This document shows positions 51,544-63,646 of a DNA stretch of 64,000 nt, piece by piece. The position numbers and the translations under genes are program-made. The notes under the pieces were generated by a model, which saw only the letters and a program-made list of their open reading frames with translations, was not told the DNA's origin and did no database searches. Source of the DNA: Somniosus microcephalus (lineage: Eukaryota); NCBI GenBank assembly GCA_052327205.1, contig CM126217.1, forward strand, positions 40,238,001-40,302,000. Direction: 5' to 3'. Position 1 is the first letter of the stretch. Each line of letters begins with the position of its first letter.

Positions 51544-52980
51544 TGTTACAGCATTAATCTGTTACCTATACACAGACAAGCATTTCCTCACCAAAGCCTC
51601 CCTGTCTGGCCACACATTCCATTACCTCCTCCGCCCAGACCACCATGGCGGTGGGGTAACTCTTACCGTCAAATCCCATCCCTGCCTCTCCCCTGACTCA
51701 GCTGGCATCTTTGCCTCCTTTCAGCACCTCACTCTTCCATCCCCCCATCTCTCACTTAAAATCCACATTGTGCAGCTTCATCCCAAGCCCTACACTAAAT
51801 CCCTTTGTACTGTAATATATCCCACATTCTCACCTCTTTTAGTTTCAGCATACAAGCATGTTTTAAGGCCAGCATGCCTGATGTGGGGAGCAAATTAAAA
51901 TTACTAGCAACTAAGTATGAAACTTTTTTTCCCAATTAAAAAGCATAAAACAACAAGGCAGGAGGAGATCAACTCAGATGCAATAATTTTAAACCAGTTA
52001 GGTTTTTTTAAAGTTTTTTTTTCTCCATCAGCAGTTCCAGAGTGATTCACACATGCGGGAGTTCAGATTGTCTCTTAACGCCACGCTTCTTACCTGCTGA
52101 GGTGCACAAGGTTCACCGTATGATTTCCTTTCCCTTTGTCAGGAAGCACCCAGCTTCTGTTGGCATCACTCGTTGTGGCATGGCTGAGATTGAGAAATCA
52201 TTGTGTACGTTGCAGGTCAACGCTTTAGAGGTTCTGCATACTTCTAAGTTATTTAAAAACTATGCAAAAAAGGAACCATATATCATATTAGGACTGTTTT
52301 TCATGAAGTACATTTTTTCCATGGAGTTCCTGATGCTCAGTGTAAATTGGGGAGGGCTGATGAGTTATATGGACGTATCCAAAAATCTGTGTACATGAAG
52401 CTTCAGGGACTCTGCAGAAAAAAAAACACACTTTCTGAAATAAGAAAATCATTAAATCTTTATGGATTTGATGCCTGGACTATTGGTGTTAAAATGTTGT
52501 TTTTACTTACAGTAGTTCTTTTGAATAACAATAAATTTTGTTCATCTGATCTCTCCCTAATGCTGTCAGGACTACCATTTTTTTTCCAATCAAAGAAGAT
52601 TCTTCACTGCATAACAGTTTGCCAACACTCAGTCAGTACTAGTCAGAAATTATCCTTCACTTCCCTATACTTTCAGATCAATCGTTCAATGAAATAACTC
52701 ATCATTGATATCTGCTGAGTTAGTATCCACCATGAACGAAAATGCTTGTTTTCCATAGGAATGCAAAGCCAGGCAAAATACTTTGCTTCAAAGATTGGAG
52801 TTTTAAAAAAATCTCTAAATTTGAAATCAATCTACTTCCCTCTGTGATACTTTTCTATTCTCCTTCAATCTCTTTAGTTCCCTAAGCTTCATCGCCAAAA
52901 TGATAACCGATAAAAAGACCAGCAATGGAAGTTCAAGTCACAGTTTGGAACTTACTGATACTGAAACTTATCCTAAAAAC

Positions 52981-53240
52981 TGTAATGATATCAGCAAATA
53001 GTGATGGTATTTGCCTGTTTGATTATGATGCCTTACCAGCATAGTTGCCTGATTGATTACTTATGCCTGGCCAGCAGAGGGCATGTGACAGAGACAAGCA
53101 GTTTAGTTTCAGTTTCATTTTAGATGGATTTCTAGCATGGTGTCTCCTGTAAGGCTGTTAACTTGTGGAACAAGCTTTAGATTAAAAGACATTCTCTTTC
53201 ATAAATGTCTCGTCATTGAACCCACAACGAAATCAATACA
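52981..53240 (+). repeat. 5' LTR (260 bp)
   Basis: Direct repeat with 57516-57776; 6 substitutions and 1 indel by manual alignment. Confidence 0.95.
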
Positions 53241-53367
53241 TGGTGTCAGAAGTGGGATTGAAAGAGATGAAGAGGAAAAATCTGAAGTTAAATCAGCTCT
53301 CCACATATTAGCAAGCCAAAAGAGAACATTGTTACTTACCATTGGAGAATAGCTAACGAAGTGAAAA

Positions 53368-54243
53368 ATGGAAGGTTTACACCCACCGGCGAAGCTTCAG
53401 TTGACAGATAATGTGGCTGAAAATTGGAGAAGGTTCAAACAACGTTTGGAGTTGTATTTATCAGCAATCGGAGCTGACGAGAAAAGTGATAAAATGAAAT
53501 CGTCAGTGTTCTTACATGTCGTGGGTGATGAAGCGCTGGAGGTGTATAATAACTTCACATTTGCTGCTGATGGAGACAAAATGAAGCTAGATAAAATAAT
53601 GGAACAGTTTGAGGCCTACTGCATACCTAAACGTAACGTGATGTTTGAGAGGCACAGATTTTTCACATGTGTACAGAAAACGGGAGAGACTATTGATCAG
53701 TATGTGACTGAACTGAGAAACCAAAGCAAAACATGTGAATTTGGGGGATTGACAGACTTGCTGATAAAAGACAGACTGGTGTGTGGTATTCCAGATAATG
53801 GTCTAAGGGAAAGACTGCTAAGAGAGCAAGATCTAGACCTGGGAAAAGCCATAGCACTGTGTAGGGCTACAGAGACTGTGAAGTCGCAGGCAAAGGAGCT
53901 GTACAGTGACAGTAGCTGCAACATGGATGCAGTGAGAAAGAACGGACACAAACCGTTTAACAAAAAGAGCGCCAATGTGAAAAAAGAGGCGTGGCCAGCG
54001 AACAAAAATGAAAGGGGCAATCGAAAGTCATGTAGTCGATGCGGTACACAGCATCCACCAAAAAAGTGTCCAGCATATGGTAAAACATGCAATAGTTGCA
54101 ACAAAAACAACCATTATGCCCGTTGCTGCAAGAACCAAGCGCAACAAAGCAAGGTCCATGCAGTAGATGAAAGAGAGATAGAGGAGTTCAATGTGGATGT
54201 TGTGTCTGAAAACAAAAACGAAAAAAAAGAGACTGGATGTTGA
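53368..54243 (+). CDS. gag: Gag (capsid-like region plus two C-terminal zinc-knuckle motifs)
   Basis: NWRRFKQ..ERHRFF..QKTGETIDQYVTELR..IKDRLVCG; CSRCGTQH..CPA and CNSCNKNNHYARCC. Confidence 0.9.
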   Translation: MEGLHPPAKLQLTDNVAENWRRFKQRLELYLSAIGADEKSDKMKSSVFLHVVGDEALEVYNNFTFAADGDKMKLDKIMEQFEAYCIPKRNVMFERHRFFTCVQKTGETIDQYVTELRNQSKTCEFGGLTDLLIKDRLVCGIPDNGLRERLLREQDLDLGKAIALCRATETVKSQAKELYSDSSCNMDAVRKNGHKPFNKKSANVKKEAWPANKNERGNRKSCSRCGTQHPPKKCPAYGKTCNSCNKNNHYARCCKNQAQQSKVHAVDEREIEEFNVDVVSENKNEKKETGC

Positions 54244-57200
54244 CACTAAAAGTGAATGACATACACATTCCATTTAAATTGGATACTGGAGCACAAGTTA
54301 ATGTGATATCAGAGACTGATTTTAAGAAAATTAGACCCAGACCAAAGATACATGGAATAAAAGTGAAAGTGACAGGATACTCAGGTACTAATATACCAGT
54401 GAAAGGAAGATGCATTGTCAAAGTGACACACAAGGACAGAGAGCACACGCTAGCATTAATCGTGGTGCCAAAGGATGTGCAGGCCATACTAGGTTTAAAA
54501 GCCTATGAGAGACTGAACCTGGTAAAGAGAGTCCTCGTTGTGGAAAGCGAAGGAGAGACAGTCTATGATGAACTCATGAAAGAGTACAACAACCTATTTC
54601 AGGGTCCAGGCTGCCTTCCAGGAGAACACACGATCAGAGTAGATAAAAGTATGCCAACGGTCATACATCCATGCAGAAAAGTTCCGTTTGCTCTTCAAAA
54701 GCAACTGAAGGCAGAGTTGGACAGGATGGAAAGCCTGAACGTGATTCAGAAGATAGATGAGCCAACTGAGTGGGTGAGTTCCCTCGTCGTTGTGGACAAA
54801 AAGAATGGAAAGCTCGGAATTTGCCTGGATCCAAGAGATCTAAACAGAGCAATAAAGAGAGAGCACTTCAAGCTTCCTACACGTGAGGAAATCATGTCAC
54901 AGTTTGCAAATGCAAAGTATTTCAGCAAGTTAGATGCATCATCAGGATTTTGGCAGATGAAATTGGACGAGGCAAGTTCAAGACTGTGCACGTTCAACAG
55001 TCCATTTGGCAGATACAGATTCCTAAGGTTACCATTTGGCATTGCCTCAGCTCCTGAAGTGTATCACAAAACTATCCATATGATCTATGAGCACCTGGAG
55101 GGAGTTGATACATCGATGGATGACATCATAGTATGGGGAACCACGAGAACTGAGCATGACGAGAGACTGAAAAAAGTGCTGGAAGCAACAAGGAAAACAA
55201 ACCTGAAGTTGAATAGAGAGAAATGCCAGCTCGGGGTGACAGAACTGACATTTGTGGGAGATATCCTTAGCAGTGAGGGCATCAGACCAGATCCCAGAAA
55301 GGTGTCTGCCATTGAGAATATGCCAAAGCCACAATGCAAAAAGGACGTGCAGAGGTTTAATGGAATGATAAACGACATGGGTAAATTCATATCCAACCTC
55401 TCAGAAAAGATGGCGCCACTGAGACGACTAACTGAAAAGAACATAGAATGGGAATGGAATCATGAGCATGAGAAGTCATGGAGCGATCTAAAGAAACTGT
55501 TGACAGAGGAACCAGTTCTGAGGTTTTATGACCCAGCGAGACCCATTAAAATATCATCAGATGCATCACAGAGTGGGCTCGGTGCCGTTCTTCTGCAAAA
55601 ATATGACTACTGGCAACCTATTGCATATGCATCGCGCTCAATGACAGACGCGGAGACGCGATATGCTCAAATAGAAAAGGAGCTGCTCAGCATCACATAC
55701 GCCTGTGAAAGATTTCACCAGTTTGTGGCAGGACAAGCAATCAGTGTAGAGACTGACCATAAGCCCTTGATTGCATTGTTCCAAAAGCCACTAAATAGCT
55801 GTCCGCTTAGAATACAAAGAATGGTGATCAGGCTGCAACGCTATACACTGAATGTTGCGTACACCCCGGGTAAGCTGATGTATACAGCAGACACGTTGTC
55901 CAGAGCTGTTGACCCAAGTGAGCCCGCAAACACCAAAATGGATGAAAAAGTGAACGCCTACGTGGACATGATCACAAGTGCACTGCCCATAGCAGATGCA
56001 AAAATGGAGCTCATAAAGACTGAGACAAACAAAGATGAAACAATGAGACGACTGAGGAAAAGCATCTTGGATAGATGGCCCAACATGAAGCAAGACTGCT
56101 CACCTGACATGGCAGAGTACTGGAACTGCAGGGCGGAACTATCAGTGGTCAAAGACATCATCTACAAAGGAAGTAAAATAGTTATCCCAAAGAGTCTGAG
56201 AAAAGAGATGCTAAAAAGGATCCATGGAGGACATCTGGGAATCGAAAAGTGTAAGAAAAGAGCACGAGAGGTGATGTACTGGCCACGAATCAACCAAGAT
56301 GTGACAAATGAGGTGTCAAACTGCACAATATGCTTGAAATATCGAGCAAGCAATCCGGTAGAACCACTAAAACCACACCCAGCGCCAGGCAGACCTTACC
56401 AGAAGGCAGGCGCTGACCTATTCGTATGTCAAGGGAAGGACTATCTTGTAGTCACAGACTATTACTCCCTGTATCCAGAGGTGTGTAGACTGTACACCAC
56501 CACTGCAGATGCTGTGATAACATGTATGAAAGCCATATTCTCCAGACATGGCGTGGCAAGCGAGGTCTTCACAGACAACGGACCCCAGTTTTACAATGCA
56601 AGTTTCCGACACTTTGCCAAAGAGTGGGACTTTGTCCACACAACATCAAGTCGTCACTATCCACAGTCCAATGGACTAGTGGAAAAATCGGTCCAGACAG
56701 TGAAAAGACTGATGTACAAGGCAAATGACAGTGGAACTGACTTCTACCAGAGCATGCTTGTATACCGCACAACGCCGCTCGAGTGTGGTAAGTCACCAGC
56801 CCAACTCCTTATGGGACGTCTGCTAAGGTCAAACCTACCCATCCCAGAGAACCTCCTGAAAACAAAAGAGGGGGAGAAAGTGAGGAAGTTCAAAGAACAA
56901 CAGAAAGAAAAGCAAAAGTACTACTATGACAGAGGAACACAAAACCTACCTGAACTCCACACTGGTGACCAAGTAAGGTTCAAAGACAAAACAAACATAT
57001 GGACTCAGAAGGGAACTGTCCTGAGTGAAGTTCAACCAAGATCATACACCATTCAGACAGATGAGGGTGCTGTTCTGCGAAGAAATCGTCGAGATCTTCT
57101 CATGGGACCAGCCACAGCAGGTCAAAAGACTGATACTGTTGAACAACCTGATCACACAACAGGTCAAAAGACTGATACTGTTGAACAACCTGATCACACA

Positions 57201-57305
57201 GCTGAGAAACCATCATCTGAGGCAACAACTCAGATTCAAGGACAATCAATCAGAAAATCCTCAAGACACATGAAGCCTCCTGAGAGACTCATTGAGCAAA
57301 TTTAA
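54237..57305 (+). CDS. pol: Pol polyprotein (protease, RT, RNase H, integrase), 1022 aa open
   Basis: LDTGAQ; RLPFGI..SMDDIIVWG; DAS..AQIEKELL..TDHKPL..ADTLSR; HGGH..C..C; DYYS..DNGPQF..SNGLVE. Confidence 0.95.
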   Translation: MLTLKVNDIHIPFKLDTGAQVNVISETDFKKIRPRPKIHGIKVKVTGYSGTNIPVKGRCIVKVTHKDREHTLALIVVPKDVQAILGLKAYERLNLVKRVLVVESEGETVYDELMKEYNNLFQGPGCLPGEHTIRVDKSMPTVIHPCRKVPFALQKQLKAELDRMESLNVIQKIDEPTEWVSSLVVVDKKNGKLGICLDPRDLNRAIKREHFKLPTREEIMSQFANAKYFSKLDASSGFWQMKLDEASSRLCTFNSPFGRYRFLRLPFGIASAPEVYHKTIHMIYEHLEGVDTSMDDIIVWGTTRTEHDERLKKVLEATRKTNLKLNREKCQLGVTELTFVGDILSSEGIRPDPRKVSAIENMPKPQCKKDVQRFNGMINDMGKFISNLSEKMAPLRRLTEKNIEWEWNHEHEKSWSDLKKLLTEEPVLRFYDPARPIKISSDASQSGLGAVLLQKYDYWQPIAYASRSMTDAETRYAQIEKELLSITYACERFHQFVAGQAISVETDHKPLIALFQKPLNSCPLRIQRMVIRLQRYTLNVAYTPGKLMYTADTLSRAVDPSEPANTKMDEKVNAYVDMITSALPIADAKMELIKTETNKDETMRRLRKSILDRWPNMKQDCSPDMAEYWNCRAELSVVKDIIYKGSKIVIPKSLRKEMLKRIHGGHLGIEKCKKRAREVMYWPRINQDVTNEVSNCTICLKYRASNPVEPLKPHPAPGRPYQKAGADLFVCQGKDYLVVTDYYSLYPEVCRLYTTTADAVITCMKAIFSRHGVASEVFTDNGPQFYNASFRHFAKEWDFVHTTSSRHYPQSNGLVEKSVQTVKRLMYKANDSGTDFYQSMLVYRTTPLECGKSPAQLLMGRLLRSNLPIPENLLKTKEGEKVRKFKEQQKEKQKYYYDRGTQNLPELHTGDQVRFKDKTNIWTQKGTVLSEVQPRSYTIQTDEGAVLRRNRRDLLMGPATAGQKTDTVEQPDHTTGQKTDTVEQPDHTAEKPSSEATTQIQGQSIRKSSRHMKPPERLIEQI
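57119..57200 (+). repeat. 42-bp in-frame tandem duplication in the pol tail
   Basis: GQKTDTVEQPDHT encoded twice. Confidence 0.9.
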
Positions 57306-57515
57306 GGACTCTTGTTATAGAAGGAAGTAATGTTATCTTATTCTTTCTTCAAGTTCTAGGTATTTACATATTTCATGTGAACACACAAAACAAGGTTAAA
57401 AAACCTTGATAATGATAATGTAAGTTCATTAAGTGTTACAGTTAAAATGCAGATTAATACAAAGAAAACATGTTGTTAGTTAAAAGTAAAATACTTTTGT
57501 TTTAAGAAAGGGAGA

Positions 57516-57776
57516 TGTAATGATATCAGCAAATAGTGATGGTATTTGCCTGTTTGATTATGATGCCTTACCAGCATAGTTGCCTGATTGATTACTTATG
57601 CCTGACCAGCAGAGGGCATGTGACAGAGACAAGCAGTTTAGTTTCAGTTTCGTTTTAGATGGATTTCTAGCAATGGTGTCTGCTGTAAGGCTGTTAACTT
57701 GTGGAACAAGCTTTAGATTAAAAGACATTTTCTTTCATAAATGTCTCATCATTGAACCCACAAAGAAATCAATACA
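57516..57776 (+). repeat. 3' LTR (261 bp)
   Basis: Follows the PPT; followed by TSD AAAAC. Confidence 0.95.
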
Positions 57777-58499
57777 AAAACCACGACAGCAAGATCCTCC
57801 ATCTGTAATGACAATCCCCAATAGTAAAGGTAAAAATCTGATACATTAAGAAACCGCCTATCATCCAACCAATCAACACAAATAAAGGCAAACAATATCT
57901 GTTACATTAACTTACATCACTGATTTAACTTCTTCAACTGATGATATTAATGAAACCCATTAATGGCCTGGACTTTGTGGTCAGCGGCGAATGAACGGAG
58001 CTTGCTGTTCATTAGCTTACAGCTGCCCACAGACTTTTTGTGGCCTTTTGAGCGGCAACTTACTGTCATTGGGAGACTGATACAGCGTGATGCCCTCTAC
58101 AGGGAATCTGGGACCTGTGTGAACAGATTAGGCAACAGCTTGTCTCTTCAACCAATCAGATTGAAGAATCCTCACTGAGGCATGTAGGGCTAAAAATGCG
58201 ATTGCCCCCCCAAAATGGGCGAGGGGATCGTGATGCGGGATTTACCAGCGCCCGTTCGAAGTAATGCAGGCAGCACGCCAACTATGTGCTGCCTGCTAAT
58301 TAGAATGGTTGCGGCGTGCAGCCCAGCGCTGAACACGCAGCTGAGTGGCTGTACGTTTAGCAGAGGGCCCAAGTTCATGTGAGGCTAGCACCAATTAAAG
58401 CTAGCCTACACTTCTTAAAACCAGCCTGCGCCTCAAAGGGGAGGTGCATTCTGGCTGCAGCAGGTGATTCAACTGGTTGGGGAACAAAGTGTGAGCAGG

Positions 58500-60376
58500 A
58501 AGAAGTATTAATAGTAGAACAGGGGAGAGAGCATGCTCCAAGGTTCTCGGATGCAGCACTGGAGGCCTTGGTGCAGGATGTGGACAGTTGGAGGGAGGTA
58601 CTGTTTCCACAGTGGGGCAGGAGGTCCTCCAGACAAATTCAGAAAATGGGAGCAGATAGCCATCGTGGCCAATGCCAGCAGTGTAGCCCCAAGGACCTGG
58701 ATGCAGTGCCGCAAGAAGTTTAATGGCCTCACACGAATGGTCAAGGTTAGTTAATTCATCTTCAAATACCGTATCCTTACAACTGAACGACTAGCCTCAG
58801 ACACTGCTCAATCCACCACACCCCCTTCACTCACCTACCAACAATCTCTATCAATCACAACTCATACCTTCACCTCACCCTCACACACTTACCACTGCTG
58901 CAAGCCTCACACCCACATCTCACAGCTGGCACACACTGCCAGCTATTCAACCATGACAGGCACATCACTCACTGACACACTTCTCTCTCTCTTGCAGGAC
59001 AAGGTGGTTAATAACTGGAGGCAGCAGGTCCTACCCGGCGGGGGACAGGCGCACCTACATAAACTGACCCCCATGGAGGAGACGATGCTGGAGATAATTG
59101 GAGTGGCCATCGCTGAGCCCGTGGCCAGCGGCAGGACTGAAACAATACAAGATGACAGTATCCTCATACCTAATCCTCATTCACACATCCCACTTCCCCT
59201 TCATCCCACAATCTCTTCTGATTTACAGGTGGTGTAAGCGTGCACCTCCTGCTTTTCCCCCACCCTCACTGCTCCCCTCACCGCAACCCTACCCTTGTGC
59301 CCTTCTCCTTTCAGATAGTCAAAAACTGCAACCTGGCCAGGCAGTGGTGGAGGAGCAGGAAGTGCAAGAGGAAGGAGGAAGTCTTGCAGAATACCCACCG
59401 TCACTCGATTCCACAGTCGCAACCACCAGCTCAGATACTGACACTCCGCGTACTTTAGAGGATACGTTAGACGCGAGATCTGCATGTGGTGAGACACCGG
59501 GCATGAGTGGCCTGCAACCAAGGCAGGAGGAATGAATAGCGCAGGTGCTAGCTCCCCGGAGGGTGAGGTCACACACAAGTACTGCTGCACGGGACTCAGA
59601 GGGGTGGCCTACAGAAGAAGGCTGATGGGTATGCACAATGAAATGCTTGGTGCATTGGCAGGCCTGCCAGAAAGCCTGAGTGCAATGTCAAGGAGCATGG
59701 AGGAGTCCGGCACCAACCTTGCACAGGGCTTTGCGCAGAGCTTGAAGCCCATCCTTTCCAGCATGGAAGTGATGGGTAACTCCAGGAGCACACTTGTGCT
59801 GATGCAGTGCCTGATAGCACATTGCAGCACAAGCAGAAGCCACCCAACATGTGAGTGCTGCAGCGGAAGCTCAGACTGAAGTCACGCAAGCTCAGCTTGT
59901 TGCCACGCAAGCACGGACTACTGTCATCATGGCTGCAGTTACCAGTGTTGAAAGGGGCCTGCAGCGTGTCACAGCAGTCCAGCAATCTGTCCTCCCAACA
60001 GATTATTAGGATTGCTGAGGCGCTGCCCAGGGGGAGTGGCAGTGGCTCCGTGGAGCCCAAACCTGCTGTCCTCTGTCAGGATGACAGTATTCATCCTCTC
60101 ACAACTGCCACTCCGCCAGTGCCCTTTCTGTTGCCTGTCAGCCAGCCAGCCCAGACTGCTACCGCCCATGCCGAGGTGGTGCAGTTTAAAGACGGGTCTT
60201 CTAGGCCTAGAACTGCTCGAGGTCATCCTTCAAGGCCATCTATAGTCTCCCCTGCGGAAAGTCAGCAGCCTTCCACTAGCCATGCTGCAGCCACTGGGGG
60301 AGCACTGCGTAGGAGCACTAGGACACGAAAAGGGACACAGAAGATAGCGACTAAGGGAATGCACAAGGGTGATTAG
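58500..60376 (+). pseudogene. Harbinger Myb/SANT gene pseudogene (exons ~58500-58745, 58998-59157, 59315-60376)
   Basis: APRFSDAALEALV..VLFP /frameshift/ WEQIA..PRTWMQCRKKFNGL; DKVVNN..GGG..LTPMEE; C-terminal AAATGGALRRS. Confidence 0.8.
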
Positions 60377-60536
60377 TTGACTTTGTTATGTAATATTGGA
60401 CGGATTGATGCATAAAATTGGTTTGGAATGTTTGTTTTGTGGTGGCTTTTATTTGGCGAAGAGGACATTGTGATGGTCAGTAACAGAGGGAAGGAAAGGA
60501 ATGGGACTGTGGGTGAATGGGGAACCGGGGTTGCGT

Positions 60537-61657
60537 TCACTGGTACCGCAGTCGGATCAGTTGGTCACGGGCAGCCCAGCCAGAAAGGGGCTGTTTTATT
60601 TGCCTCCTCCTCCTCTTCCTCTTTCTCAGCTCGTTGCTGTATACCTGGTGGCAAGGGCTGTGCCTTCATGATGATGAAGTTGTGCAGCATGCAGCAGAGC
60701 ACTTGAATCTTGAGATGCGCTCTGCAAGTTCTGCAGTGCTCCTCCAGAGCGGTCCAGGCAGCGGAAGCATTATTTAAGCACCCCAATGGTTTGCTCAATC
60801 ATATTCTGTGTGGTACCATGGCTTTCGTTATATACATGCTGCCCATGTGTGGTTGGGTTACGCACCAGAGTCATGAGCCAGGTGGTCAGCGGGTAGCCCT
60901 TGTCTCCCAGTAGCCACACTCTGGTTTATTGTGGTGGCTGAAAAGCAGATGGGACAGCGGACTGCTGCAGAATGAAGGCATCATGGCTGCTGCCAGGATA
61001 TCGAGCATTGACTTGAATGATGCGCTGAGTATGGTTGCACACCAGCTGGACATTGAGGGAGTGGAATCCCCTCCGGTTGTGGTACATCGCCGAGTTTACA
61101 TGCAGCGCCTGCAAAGCAATGTGTGCACAGTCAATGGCACCCTGCATCATATGGAAGCCTGCTATCCTGGTGAAACCATGTGCTCGCTCTGTCTGCTTCT
61201 CCTTGGCAAGAGAGAATGAAATGTATTCACCTCTCTTTGTATACAGAGCCTCAGTGACCTTACTTATGCAACGGTGAACGGCGAAGTGTGAGATGTTGCA
61301 AATGTCGCCTGCTCCAGCCTGGAACGAGCCCGATGCATACAAAGTCATGGCCTCGCTCAACTTCACAGCCACTGGCAATGACGTCCTATCCCTGCTCTGA
61401 GGCTGCAGATCTGCCTGCAACAGGTGGCAGATTTCAGTGAGCACCTCCTTAGTGCAGTGGAGTCATCGCATGCACTGTTTCTCACTGAGAATGAGGAAGG
61501 AGAAGTGGTCCCTCAAGACCCTGGGTGCATATGGCCTCCTGCTGAGAGCCCGTCTCCCCCTCCTCCCTCTTTGAGCAGCTTGTCCTCCTCTGTGTTGCCT
61601 CTGCTCATTCTTTCTATCATGCTGCAGGCCAAGGGGGATACAAACTACAGCACCCAT
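60537..61657 (-). pseudogene. Harbinger transposase pseudogene
   Basis: [60 protein letters not shown]; internal stops and frameshifts. Confidence 0.9.
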
Positions 61658-62482
61658 GTCTGGGAGCAACTGGTCTGAGCAAAAGTCTTGAAGTAACCTG
61701 CCACACGACTCCCTGGACACTTCAGCAACTTCAAATAAGATACCATACCAAGAAACACCTCTACAAACTCACCAAGAGCCAGTAGAAATCAATCAGCAAC
61801 TAACCTGAAAGCAGGTGATGATCCCTTTGAATAGCACTGGTGGGGGGGGGGTCCTTCCTGCTGCTGAATACATGTGCAGCTGTGAGAGGTTAAGAAAGAG
61901 CATTAGCTCCAGCGTTGAGGTCAAAAATGGCAGTGCTGGCGTCAAATCAGCATTGCATGCTGATTGACGTCACAATCTGCGTACTCTGCATATTTCCGGC
62001 TCACACTCCCTGCGCCAATGCAAACGACCTCACCAAAATGGCGTACGGACGTCATTTTGGACAAGAAACGGCACCCGTAGCACCGAAAAATGGGCACTAC
62101 GGAGCCAAATTTCTAGGCCGCATAGGCTAAACCAGGAAGTGTAAGTTAGAATATTTAATTCAAAGAGCCGGAATTAGCGATGGGTAATGACGGCGAACTA
62201 ACAGCGTTCGCCTTCATTACCCCTTAGAAACTGACCGCAACTTCAGGATATAGCGCATGCGCATCTAAACTCAGAAATCCTGAAGTTGCAGTCAGTCATC
62301 CACTGCTCCGACACTGGCTGCATGGTGCCCATCTCCCTCCCCACCCCCACCATAGCCAGAAATCAGTGTAATCAGTGAAATCAGTGAAACTGACGAAAAC
62401 TTGGGCTTTTCTGCGGTAATATCGCTGTTAAATACTTCATTAAATGTTAGGCCTTATTGGATTAGGTGTAACTGGGGTTTTA

Positions 62483-63250
62483 GAACATAAGAAATAGGAG
62501 CAGGAGTAGGCCATTTGGCCTCTCAAGCCTGCTCTGCCATTCAATAAGATCATGGCTGATCTTCTACCTCAACTCTACTTTCCTGCACTATCTCCATATC
62601 CCTTGATTCCCTTAATGTCCAAAAATCTATCGATCTCTGTCTTGAATATACTCAACGACTGAGCCTCCACAGACCTCTGGGGTAGAGAATTCCAAAGATT
62701 CACCACCCTCTGAGTGAAGGAATTTCTCCTCATCTCAGTCCTAAATGGCCGACCCCTTATTCTGAGACTGTGACCTCTGGTTCTAGACTCCCTAGCCAGG
62801 GGAAACATCCTCCCTGCATCTACCCTGTCAAGCCCTGTAAGAATTTTGTGTGTTTCAATGTGTTTTAACAATCTCCTGTGTGGCACCTTATCGAATGCCT
62901 TCTGAAAATCCAAATACACCACATCCACTGGTTCCCCCTTATCTATTCTGCTAGTTCCCACCTTAAAAGCTAACAGATTCATCAAACACAATTTCCCTTT
63001 CATAAATCCGTGTTGACTCTGCCCAATCCTATTATTATTTTCCAAGTGCCCTGTTACTATGTCCTTAATAATAGATTCTAGCACTTTCCCTACTACTGAT
63101 GTCAGGCTAACTGGTCTGTAGTTCTCAGTTTTCTCTATCTCCCCTTTCTTAAATAGTGGGGTTACATTTGCTACCTTCCAATCCGCAGGAACCGTTCTCG
63201 AATCTATGGAATTTTGGAAAATGACAACCAATGCATCCACTATCTCTATA
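62483..63250 (-). mobile_element. CR1 LINE 3' copy with a large internal deletion
   Basis: DWKVANVTPLFKKG..NYRPVSLTS..QHGF..LDFQKAFDKVPHRRLL fused directly to IETHKIL..RTRGH..LWNSLP; TTCTTATGTTCT tail; flanked by GTTTTA (62477-62482, 63251-63256). Confidence 0.85.
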
Positions 63251-63646
63251 GTTTTAACAGCATATTGACTGCTAAACAAACGTTATGGCCCTGAAAACTA
63301 ATTTGAATTTTGTGGCATGTCAAATTTCTCCATTATGATAAAAATTGCTATTTTTAAGAACATTTATTTTTTGAAAGCTTATTCATATTTATTTTAGGTT
63401 CTACCTTATCCCCATGTGAGCGCCCCAATCTTTGTTTTGCTCTCTGTAACATTTTTAAAAAGTCAGGATAAAAGCAGCTTCTCATTTCCGGCTTCTCTCT
63501 CTGTGAGAATTCTACAATGTAATTGGCTGCGTGGACAGCTTGTTGACGTCACAGCAGATTGCGTTAGGGATTCCCTATTCTATTGCACTGATATCACTTA
63601 AGTGTCAAAAAAGGCAAACTTTTCGCCACTGAGATCGCGAGAGCTT

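Larger units (their letters stand above)
52981..57776 (+). mobile_element. Full-length Gypsy/Ty3 LTR retrotransposon (Mag-like)
   Basis: TG..CA LTRs at 52981-53240 and 57516-57776; 5-bp TSD AAAAC; PBS TGGTGTCAGAAGTGGGAT at 53241-53258 (complementary to a tRNA-Leu 3' end); PPT AAGAAAGGGAGA at 57504-57515; gag then PR-RT-RH-IN. Confidence 0.97.
58187..62119. mobile_element. Second PIF/Harbinger element, full-length but decayed
   Basis: Right end AATTTCTAGGCC identical to the right TIR of element 1; degenerate left end GGGCTAAAAAT; flanks GTA/GCA; same convergent two-gene layout. Confidence 0.85.
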
